The notes: generated from the letters alone by a model not told the origin. A DNA stretch of 35,152 nt from Acidobacteriota bacterium (GCA_043759095.1 JAYVMG010000617.1:1-35152); one strand, 5' to 3'; numbered from the stretch's first letter, positions 8,861 to 15,960 are shown. Numbers and translations are program-made.

Positions 8861-9880
8861 TTACGACTCGGAAATCCGCACGAGCGGAATCCCAAGCTGT
8901 CGAGCCTTCCTGTAGAGATTTGGACGTTGAATACCGAGGGCCTGGGCGGCCGGCGCCATGCGCCAGTCGTGATGCTGGAGAACCGACGCGATGTAGTCGC
9001 GCTCGAACCGCAGGCGGGCTTCCCGCAGGTTGCCGGCCGGCACGAACGGCGCGTGCGCACGGTGCAGCTGAAGCGCCGGCAGGATGTGTTCGATCTGAAT
9101 CACATCTTCGACCACCTCAGCGACGACGCGCTCGATGGCGCTGCGGAGCTCGGCGAGGTTGCCCGGCCAGGTCAGCGCGCCGACGAGGGCCAGCGCGGCC
9201 GGCGTGAACGCGCGCGAGGGACGCCCCGCGGCCACGCACGTGTCTTCGAGCAGACGCGCCGCCAGTGCCGGCACATCGTCGGGACGATCGCGCAGCGGCG
9301 GGAGGTCGATGCGCACCGCCGAGAGCCGGCGATACAGGTCGCCGCGGAAGCGGTGCGCGTGGACGTCGGCGTCGATCCCGGGAGGCGCGCTGGCGACCAG
9401 ACGGAGGGCGGTCGCGACCAGCGTGCCGTCAATCCGCACCTCGCCGTCACGCGCGATTCGCGCCAGCTGCGCCTGGGCGGACGCCCGGAGTTCGGTGACG
9501 TTGTGCAGATACAACGTGCCGCCGCGCGCGGTGGCGATACAGCTGTCGGCGCCGACTGATTCCAGATCCGTTGGCGCGGCCGCCGGCGGGTGCCCGAACA
9601 GCAGGCGGTCGACGCTGGCGGGATCGCCGGCGTCGCAATTGACGGCGATGTATGGGGACGCGGCAGGACGGCCGCGCAGGTGCAATTCACGGGCGACGGC
9701 TTCGACGCCGGCGCCGGGTTCGGCGGTGATGAGCGCGCCGCCATCGAGCGAGGCGCCACGCCTGATCAACTCCTGGACGCGCGCGATCGCAGGCGAGCGC
9801 CCAACCAACTCCACCGCGCCGTGCCCGGGCCGGATGATCCGGGTGGCTCTCGCATCAGCCAACATAAGTGGGTCTGCCAT
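8861..9880 (-). CDS. sigma-54-activator-like AAA+ / Fis-HTH regulator with degenerate ATPase motifs and no GAFTGA loop
   Basis: Start ATG 9880 (MADPLML). The AAA+ core is recognisable (VGRSPAIARVQELI.., FRGDLYRRLSAVRIDLPPLRDRPDDVPAL, WPGNLAELRSAIERVV) and the C-terminal Fis-type HTH is present (AAQALGIQRPNLYRKARQLGI). Walker A reads AEPGAGVE (no Lys). The Walker B position reads LHNV. FGHPPAAAPTD replaces FGHEKGAFTGA. There is no receiver domain. Confidence 0.75.
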   Translation of the reverse strand: MADPLMLADARATRIIRPGHGAVELVGRSPAIARVQELIRRGASLDGGALITAEPGAGVEAVARELHLRGRPAASPYIAVNCDAGDPASVDRLLFGHPPAAAPTDLESVGADSCIATARGGTLYLHNVTELRASAQAQLARIARDGEVRIDGTLVATALRLVASAPPGIDADVHAHRFRGDLYRRLSAVRIDLPPLRDRPDDVPALAARLLEDTCVAAGRPSRAFTPAALALVGALTWPGNLAELRSAIERVVAEVVEDVIQIEHILPALQLHRAHAPFVPAGNLREARLRFERDYIASVLQHHDWRMAPAAQALGIQRPNLYRKARQLGIPLVRISES

Positions 9881-9936
9881 AGCTTGGACTCTTGTGAATC
9901 TAAGGGGATACAGCTTCGCCCCGTCACTTACAGAAA

Positions 9937-9952
9937 AGCAACGAGGTTGCCG
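9937..9952 (-). promoter_or_regulatory. candidate sigma-54 type -24/-12 promoter element
   Basis: Minus strand reads cGGCAAcctcgTTGCTt. GG and GC have the canonical spacing, and 9 of 11 conserved positions of TGGCAC-N5-TTGC match. It lies ~57 nt upstream of the regulator ATG 9880. Confidence 0.3.
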
Positions 9953-10450
9953 CTTGAGAAATCTCAATAGCGACAATAAACGACTTAATATGACACTAAC
10001 GACCTATCGTGTCAATAAAGATACTAGTTTCGATCGTCGCAGATACAGCGACGGATCGCAATCGCTTCAGCCAGTCGTATTAAAGCTATGTATGACAGCG
10101 TTTTACGAGTGATCAGTGGTGAAGCCCACCAGTGGTTATCGGTGTGGCTGGAGTGTATCGATATGGATGCCGTCGCTGTATCGGGCGGGAAACGGTGCGG
10201 GGATCAGTCCTGGCGCGGGGACTCCGTGGGGGTCGGGGACGCGGGGGACGTCGGACGCTGATCCCCGGGAGGGTAGTCATCGCGCGAGCGATCGAAGAGG
10301 CCGTTGACGAAAAACGCGATGCCCATGATCACAAAGAACCCGCCGCGACGCCGATGAGCATCATCAGACCGAACCCTACGCCCATCAGCGTGATGCCGGC
10401 GCGCCGGCGCCTGCCGGGCGCGCTGATTAGACTGGAACATATCTATCCTG

Positions 10451-10479
10451 AATTGTTTCACCCCCTTCCTGAAACAATT
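10451..10479. promoter_or_regulatory. perfect 10-bp inverted repeat AATTGTTTCA-N9-TGAAACAATT (operator or hairpin) upstream of the ECF sigma gene
   Basis: Arms at 10451-10460 and 10470-10479 are exact reverse complements. The loop is cccccttcc. The right arm plus downstream sequence reads GAAACAA-N17-TCTAA, loosely like an ECF -35/-10 pair. Confidence 0.4.
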
Positions 10480-10510
10480 TCGCGAACCGCGTGCTCTAAT
10501 ACGGTGGCGG

Positions 10511-11057
10511 ATGGAAGATCTCCACGAGCGCGAGCTCGTCGAGCGCTGCCGGTCCGGTAACGAGCATGCGTTTCAGGAACTGGTCGATCGGTACAAGGAT
10601 CTGGTGTTCGCCTTGATCGCGCGAACGGTGGTCGATCGATCGCACGCCGAGGATCTGGCGCAGGACGTCTTCCTGCGCATCCACCGCGGGCTTCCGTATT
10701 TTCGCGGCGAAGCGCGTCTCTACCACCTGGATCTACCGCATCGTCGCGAACGTGTGTCTGCAGGAGCAGGCGCGACCGGCCGCCGCGGCCTCGCTCGACG
10801 ATCGGCGAACGCACGCGAAGGCAGTGATGGGAACACCCGATCGGCAGTTCGGGGATCTCGAACTGCGCGATCGACTCGAGAAAGCGATCGCGCGCCTGCC
10901 GGCGAACTACCGGCTGCTGATCGCCGCACACTATCTGCAGGGCGTGCAGTACGAGGGATTGGCCGAGGCGCTGCCGTTGCCACTCGGGACAGTCAAGACT
11001 CAGCTCTATCGGGCGAAGCAACAGTTGAGGCGGATGCTGGAAACGGATCTCAGATGA
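10511..11057 (+). pseudogene. ECF-type sigma-70 family factor interrupted by a single-nucleotide frameshift
   Basis: Region 2 lies in the frame of ORF 10511: MEDLHERELVERCRSGNEHAFQELVDRYKDLVFALIARTV..AEDLAQDVFLRIHRGLPYFRGEARL. The rest lies in the +1 frame from ~10719: (S)TTWIYRIVANVCLQE..LPANYRLLIAAHYLQGVQYEGLAEALPLPLGTVKTQLYRAKQQLR. Removing one nt near taccacc (10721-10727) restores FRGEARL(Y/T)TWIYRI. Confidence 0.8.
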
Positions 11058-11063
11058 TGAGTT

Positions 11064-11543
11064 ATGTTCTGCGACGAAGCGCTCGACGCGGTTGAAGCGA
11101 TCGCCGCCGGCGAGGTGATCCCGGACGGCCGCGTCGCCTCGCATCTGGCGACGTGCTCGAACTGCGCCGCGGCGCTGGTCAGCGCACGGCAACTCGAGAC
11201 GTCGTTACGCTCGCGCCCCGCGCCCGCGGCGCCGGCCCAGTTCACGGCGCGTACGCTGGCGCGCGTGCGGCGCGCGAGATGGCGCAGCGATCAGTTCCTC
11301 GACGTCGGCTTCAATCTCGCGGTGGGCGCGGTGCTCGTAGCGATGATGGGCGGCGTGTGGATGCTACTGCACCGCGCCGGGCTCGCCGGCGTCAGCCGCG
11401 ACGTGGTCGATCTGTTCGGCAGCGGCTTTTTCGTCTTCGCCAGGCGCGTGACGCCGTCGCTGCCGCTCTATGCCGGCGCCGCGCTGCTGCTCGTCAGCGC
11501 GCTCGGCATCTGGTGGTGGGCGGAGAGGGACGCGGCGCTGTGA
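11064..11543 (+). CDS. membrane-anchored anti-sigma factor, zf-HC2 (ZAS) type
   Basis: ATG 11064 lies 6 nt after the sigma stop. H-x3-C-x2-C motif HLATCSNC. Hydrophobic segments follow (FNLAVGAVLVAMMGGVWMLL, LYAGAALLLVSALGIWWW). Confidence 0.8.
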   Translation: MFCDEALDAVEAIAAGEVIPDGRVASHLATCSNCAAALVSARQLETSLRSRPAPAAPAQFTARTLARVRRARWRSDQFLDVGFNLAVGAVLVAMMGGVWMLLHRAGLAGVSRDVVDLFGSGFFVFARRVTPSLPLYAGAALLLVSALGIWWWAERDAAL

Positions 11544-12523
11544 GAGGGCTTAGGGCTCAGGGCCCAGGGCTCACGGCCGGATCGTCAGCCCTCAGCGTTC
11601 AGCGCTCGGCCCTGCCGGTCCGTCCCCTCCTGAAGTGGGCGGGCGGGAAACGCCAGCTGCTGCCCTACCTGCGGCGCTTTTACCCGCCGGCGTTCAACCG
11701 GTACATCGAACCGTTCTTCGGCAGCGGCGCCGTGTTTTTCGACTTGCATGGCGCCGGCCGGCTGCGCGACTGCGACGTCGTACTGATCGACTCGAACGCC
11801 GATCTGATCGGCTGCTACGAAACCGTGCGGACGCAGCCGGACGCCGTCGCGGACGAACTCGATGCTCTCGCCGTCGCGCACGCCAGCGGCGGGCAGGCGC
11901 ACTACTACGCGGTCCGGGACGAACAGTTCAACCCGATCCGCGATCGCCTCCGCGGCGGCGACGGCCGCATTGCGTATACGCCACAGCTGGCGGCGATGCT
12001 CATCTATCTGAATCGCACCGGGTTCAACGGGCTGTTTCGACTGAACGCGCGAGGCGCGTTCAACGTGCCGGCGGGCCGGTACGATCGGCCGAAGATCGCC
12101 GATCGCGAAAAGCTGGCGCGGGTCGCGGAGGCGTTCTCCGCCGCGCGGCTGGTCTGGGGATCGTTCGAATCAGTGCTCAGCCTCGCGACGCCTGGCGACT
12201 TCGTCTATTTTGATCCGCCGTACGCTCCCCTGAGCCGGACGGCGAATTTCACGTCGTATACGGCGCTGCGCTTCACCGCTGACGATCAACGGCGCCTGCA
12301 GCAGATCGTCATCGCGCTTGCCGGGCGGGGCTGTCATGTGTTGCTCAGTAACTCGACCGCCGACGAAATCGCGGCGCTCTACGATCGCAACGCGGATGCC
12401 CGCGCCGCCGGCCTGCGCGCGCTGCGCGTGCCGGCCCGACGGATGATCAACAGCAACGCGGCGCGCCGCGGGCCGGTCGAAGAATATCTGATCACCAACG
12501 TTGCGGTCGCCACCCGGGGCTGA
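11540..12523 (+). CDS. dam: Dam-family (D12 class) N6-adenine DNA methyltransferase, apparently orphan; start codon uncertain
   Basis: LLKWAGGKRQLLPYL, EPFFGSGAVFFDL (FxGxG), LNRTGFNGLFRLN, FVYFDPPYAP (DPPY). The only canonical in-frame start upstream of the conserved core is GTG 11540, which overlaps the anti-sigma stop as GTGA. That choice adds ~30 aa encoded by the heptamer array. The only later start candidates are CTG at 11612 or 11630. Confidence 0.8.
   Translation: MRGLRAQGPGLTAGSSALSVQRSALPVRPLLKWAGGKRQLLPYLRRFYPPAFNRYIEPFFGSGAVFFDLHGAGRLRDCDVVLIDSNADLIGCYETVRTQPDAVADELDALAVAHASGGQAHYYAVRDEQFNPIRDRLRGGDGRIAYTPQLAAMLIYLNRTGFNGLFRLNARGAFNVPAGRYDRPKIADREKLARVAEAFSAARLVWGSFESVLSLATPGDFVYFDPPYAPLSRTANFTSYTALRFTADDQRRLQQIVIALAGRGCHVLLSNSTADEIAALYDRNADARAAGLRALRVPARRMINSNAARRGPVEEYLITNVAVATRG
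11545..11614 (+). repeat. 10-unit in-register heptanucleotide array (AGGGCTY then AGCSCTC type)
   Basis: Units from 11545 in steps of 7: AGGGCTT AGGGCTC AGGGCCC AGGGCTC ACGGCCG GATCGTC AGCCCTC AGCGTTC AGCGCTC GGCCCTG. The first four units give G3N4G3N4G3N4G3 at 11546-11569. Confidence 0.85.
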
Positions 12524-12539
12524 CGCGCGTCAGCCCCGG
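12514..12539. terminator. 26-bp perfect palindrome; candidate bidirectional terminator between convergent genes
   Basis: CCGGGGCTGACGC|GCGTCAGCCCCGG. The dam TGA (12521-12523) and the stop of the convergent gene (tca 12530-12532) both lie inside the stem. No U-tract is present. Confidence 0.5.
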
Positions 12540-13123
12540 CGCACCAGTTCGACGTCCACAAAGCTCCCGGTATCCGGCCAGACGGCGGCGAGCCCGCGAT
12601 CGAGCGCCGTCGCCGCGCCCCACAACGCACGCGGCAGCAGCGTCCACGACTTCAGGCCGCCCGACAACCAGTAGCGTAGCGGCGTGTGTGGCTGATACCG
12701 TGCGATCGACAACCCGGGAAAGCGGCGCTCGAACTCCGCGCGATCGCGCCTGAAGACGATCCAGCAGAGCGCGCCGTTGGCGCCTGTCAACGGTCCCGTC
12801 GACTCGAACGTCCAGCCCGCGTCAGGTTGATACGGTTCGTGATGAATGAATCGCAGCACCGGCCCGCCGATCACGCCCGGATGCTCGTCGACGATCAGCA
12901 CGCGCCCACCGGGACGCAGCACGCGCTCGCACTCCGCAAGCATCGCGCCCACGTCGGGGATGTGATGAAAGACGTTGAACATCAGGATCGCGCGCAACGC
13001 GCCGGTCGCGAACGGCAGGCGCCGCGCATCCAGCACGAGATCAAGTCCCGCATACGGAAGGATGTCCGATGCGATCAGATCAGGAAGCAACTGACAGCGG
13101 CCGGGGTCGTCAAGTTCGCTCAT
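12530..13123 (-). CDS. class I SAM methyltransferase-like protein, N-terminally truncated with a degenerate motif I
   Basis: LVLDARRLPFATGALRAILMFNVFHHIPD..CERVLRPGGRVLIVDEHP..GPLTGANGALCWIVFRRDR. Start ATG 13123 sits in an ATGA overlap (tcat 13120-13123). Where relatives have LELGxGxG, this protein begins MSELDDPGR. Confidence 0.7.
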   Translation of the reverse strand: MSELDDPGRCQLLPDLIASDILPYAGLDLVLDARRLPFATGALRAILMFNVFHHIPDVGAMLAECERVLRPGGRVLIVDEHPGVIGGPVLRFIHHEPYQPDAGWTFESTGPLTGANGALCWIVFRRDRAEFERRFPGLSIARYQPHTPLRYWLSGGLKSWTLLPRALWGAATALDRGLAAVWPDTGSFVDVELVRRG

Positions 13124-13890
13124 CGCGAGACGCCGAGCCGCACGCGGAAGAACCCGATCGCCGTCATCTTGAGCAACATCCACCCGTGACGGAAGCAGCT
13201 GATGTTGGTTTCGCCGTAGGTGCGCGCGAGATAGCGGATCGGGAGATCGACGACACCCAACCCGAGAATCGCGGCGGGAAACAGCATCTCGAAATCGCCG
13301 AACGGATCGAAGTCGCCGAAATCGCGACGCCACGCCGTGAAGCGCGCGTAGTCGTGGCGCCCGAACAGTTTCGCGCCGCAGAGTGCGTCGCCGAGCCGCA
13401 CCGACAACACGCTGCTGAGCGCCTTCGCAAAGAGCACATTACCCAGCCGGTTGAGCGGCCGCATCGCGCCCGACTCGGTGCCGTACACCAGTCGGCTGCC
13501 GTTGACGAAATCCCCGAGGCCGTCGCGATACGCATTGTAGAAACGCGGCAGCGCCGACGGCGGAACGGTCAGGTCCGCATCGAGAATCGTGACGACGTCG
13601 CCGGTGGCCTGGCTGAAGCCGAGCCGCACGGCGTCACCTTTGCCCTTGCCGGTCTGCCGAAACGCGGCAATCTTGAACTCCACCGCGTAGCGCGGGATCA
13701 GGCGTTGAATCTCGTCCCACGTTCCGTCGTGTGAATGCCCCTCGATGAACACGACCTCCAGGCCAGGCAATTCGTCCTTTACCGCGCGCAGACCTTCGAG
13801 CGCACCCTCGATGTTGCCGCGCTCGTTGCACGTCGGCGCGAGGACGCTGATCGACGGCTGCTCCGTCGGCGTGATCTCTGGCGCCAGCAC
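13120..13890 (-). CDS. family 2 glycosyltransferase (Dpm1/polyprenol-phosphate glycosyltransferase-like)
   Basis: ISVLAPTCNERGNIEG..VVFIEGHSHDGT..GKGDAVRLGF..VVTILDADLT. Start assigned to GTG 13890 (MLAPEITPTEQPSISVLAP), 18 nt after the upstream stop. The ORF-track start 14118 overlaps the upstream gene by 210 nt. Confidence 0.8.
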   Translation of the reverse strand: MLAPEITPTEQPSISVLAPTCNERGNIEGALEGLRAVKDELPGLEVVFIEGHSHDGTWDEIQRLIPRYAVEFKIAAFRQTGKGKGDAVRLGFSQATGDVVTILDADLTVPPSALPRFYNAYRDGLGDFVNGSRLVYGTESGAMRPLNRLGNVLFAKALSSVLSVRLGDALCGAKLFGRHDYARFTAWRRDFGDFDPFGDFEMLFPAAILGLGVVDLPIRYLARTYGETNISCFRHGWMLLKMTAIGFFRVRLGVSR

Positions 13891-13907
13891 AACGATGGCG
13901 GCGAAGT

Positions 13908-14471
13908 TCAGATGGGCAGCAACGGGACGGCGGGAAGAATCTTGTTCAGGACGGACCCGAGGCCGAGCAGGCGCAGCGGTGAGTAGATCGCCTCGCGAAC
14001 CCGGACGACACGGAATCTGGCGAGACGCGCGACGTTCCCGAGGTCGGTAAACGTCACGAACGTCGTTGGGGCTTCGGGGCCACGCAATCCAAACCGCGAC
14101 GCCAGCTGATAGATCCACGCGTAGTACGGCTTAGAGAGAATCGCCACGATGCGTGATCCGCGGCCAAGAGACCCGCGCAAGGTGGTGAGCAATCCCTGGA
14201 TGTCGGACGAGTGGTTGAAATTACCGTTGAGGAGAACGGCATCGCGTCGCCCCGCCGCACGCGAGTCGGGCAGCGCGGCGCCGGGCGCCACGGCCATCTT
14301 CTCGGGACATGACACGAGGTTGAACAGCAGCCCATCGTCGTTCGGCAGGCGCGCGTACTGAATCAGGCGATCGTAGTACCGCGTCAGCGACGAGATCTCG
14401 GCTGCCAGCTGACAGTTCGCGCAGACGCGCCACCGCTTCCGGTCAGGCGCGTCAATCGCCGCGGCACGCAT
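13908..14471 (-). CDS. hypothetical protein (weak methyltransferase-like features)
   Basis: ORF with high third-position GC. ATG 14471 overlaps the GT-C stop by 20 nt. Segment AVLLNGNFNHSSDIQGLL..GSRIVAI is vaguely Rossmann-like. No firm motif was recognised. Confidence 0.45.
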   Translation of the reverse strand: MRAAAIDAPDRKRWRVCANCQLAAEISSLTRYYDRLIQYARLPNDDGLLFNLVSCPEKMAVAPGAALPDSRAAGRRDAVLLNGNFNHSSDIQGLLTTLRGSLGRGSRIVAILSKPYYAWIYQLASRFGLRGPEAPTTFVTFTDLGNVARLARFRVVRVREAIYSPLRLLGLGSVLNKILPAVPLLPI

Positions 14472-15960
14472 ACCCCAACAACAGCGCACCCTCGTTGCCC
14501 GGGACGTCTCTGACGTACGTCGGGACGTCCCGCTGATAGACGCGGGTACAGCCGTGGCGCATCATCCCCGGCACGAATGCCTCGTCGAAGACCCGGCTGC
14601 GCAATACCGCATCGAGGTGATAGAAAAACGTCGTTCCTGATCCGGCGTCACGATCGATGGTGCGGGTGACGTACTCGGACGTCATCGGCTGGCCGAAGCT
14701 GCCCCACGCCGGCCCCTCGTTCGCCAGCATCCGGATATCGGGATCATGACGCACCTCGTACCGCAGCCGCTGCGTGTCCCACCCGATGTCGAAGAACACA
14801 AGCTTCGTCCCCGGCATTCGCCGTAACTCGGCGGCCACCGTCCGCCACGGGCCTGTCGGCGCGTCGTGCGGCGCGCGCACAAACGAGAAGGTTGCCGCCA
14901 CCAGGATGCCTGCGGCGCACGCCGTCACGGCGACCTGCGCCCAACGCCCACCCGCGAGGCAGCGATCGGCGCCAAGACCCACCAGCATGCAGAGCGCCGG
15001 AAACGCCGGCGCCAGATACCGAAACGAGAATCCGGTGCGCCCGGCGAGAAAACCGTGCGCTCCCCCAATCTGAACCACGATGACAGTCGCCAGCACGGCG
15101 ATGAACGGGTCGCGATCGCGGACACCACGCCATACACCAACCACCGCCAGGCCGACCGCCAGGTAGCCGAGCCCGGCCGGCATCGCCAGCAGGTAGACCG
15201 GGCCGGAGATGTAGTAGCGCGGATTGACCATCGCCGCGAGCGTCACCCAAATCGCGGGACGTTCGAGCGCCGACTGAAACTGCAGGACGCCGATCGCGAG
15301 GGGGAGAGACAGCACCGCGACGACCGCCAGCGAGAGCAACAGCGGCGCGTGTCGATGGATCGCTCGTCGAGGGTCTGCCGTGACGGCCGTGAACGCGACT
15401 GCCGCCAGTGCGTAGATGCCCTGCGCGAGCAGGGTCCAGACTGCAGGCGGCTGCGAGTATGCCAGTAAGACGGTCGCCACGACGTACCAGACATACGGCA
15501 TGACGCCGTGCCGCGGGCCGCTGATCAGCGACGCGAACGACAAGCAGGACCACAGTGAGAACCAGACCCCGAGCGAGTACGGACGAAGCGTGGGCGTCAG
15601 ATACGAACTGAATCCCGAGAGGAGCAGGACCGCCGTCGCGACGATGCGCGCCAGCGGCGTCAGGCGTGGCGTGCGCAGCAGGGTGATGGCCGCGCAGACC
15701 ATGAACAGCAGCGGCAACAACCGCATGACCGGCTCCGTGTCTCCCAATCGAAGCCACTCGTGGAGCGCGATAAAGAAGAGCGGGGGGTGGCCCTGCGAGG
15801 TCACCGACAGGGTCAGGACATCGCGCAGCGGAGGGACCGCCATGAAGAACGACATCGCTTCGTCCAGAGTGAGTTCGCCGACCGTGAAGTGTGAGAAGGT
15901 GATCAGGAGATACGAGGCAACGACGCAGGTCGCCGAAATGAGCCAGGCCGGTCGGTTCAC
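14452..15960 (-). CDS. GT-C fold integral-membrane glycosyltransferase (ArnT/PMT, GT39/GT83-like)
   Basis: 502 aa with more than 10 hydrophobic segments. The first-loop acidic motif LTLDEAMSFF is followed by GHPPLFFIALHEWLRLG..MRLLPLLF, as in ArnT/PMT-like enzymes. Confidence 0.75.
   Translation of the reverse strand: MNRPAWLISATCVVASYLLITFSHFTVGELTLDEAMSFFMAVPPLRDVLTLSVTSQGHPPLFFIALHEWLRLGDTEPVMRLLPLLFMVCAAITLLRTPRLTPLARIVATAVLLLSGFSSYLTPTLRPYSLGVWFSLWSCLSFASLISGPRHGVMPYVWYVVATVLLAYSQPPAVWTLLAQGIYALAAVAFTAVTADPRRAIHRHAPLLLSLAVVAVLSLPLAIGVLQFQSALERPAIWVTLAAMVNPRYYISGPVYLLAMPAGLGYLAVGLAVVGVWRGVRDRDPFIAVLATVIVVQIGGAHGFLAGRTGFSFRYLAPAFPALCMLVGLGADRCLAGGRWAQVAVTACAAGILVAATFSFVRAPHDAPTGPWRTVAAELRRMPGTKLVFFDIGWDTQRLRYEVRHDPDIRMLANEGPAWGSFGQPMTSEYVTRTIDRDAGSGTTFFYHLDAVLRSRVFDEAFVPGMMRHGCTRVYQRDVPTYVRDVPGNEGALLLGYACRGD

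Noticed and set aside
10715-10730. Programmed ribosomal frameshifting in the ECF sigma gene
   Set aside because: There is no slippery heptamer, in-frame rare or stop codon, or obvious downstream stimulatory structure. A mutation or a base-calling indel is the simpler explanation.
11540-12523. Dam methyltransferase as half of a restriction-modification system
   Set aside because: I recognise no endonuclease-like ORF on either side. The neighbours are an anti-sigma factor and a convergent methyltransferase-like gene, so I treat it as an orphan. A remote-homology search could still overturn this.
13909-13911. CTG start (CTGA overlap) for the GT2 gene at 13120
   Set aside because: A canonical GTG at 13890 gives a typical GT2 N-terminus 18 nt after the upstream stop. 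Unlike engB, no non-canonical start is needed here.
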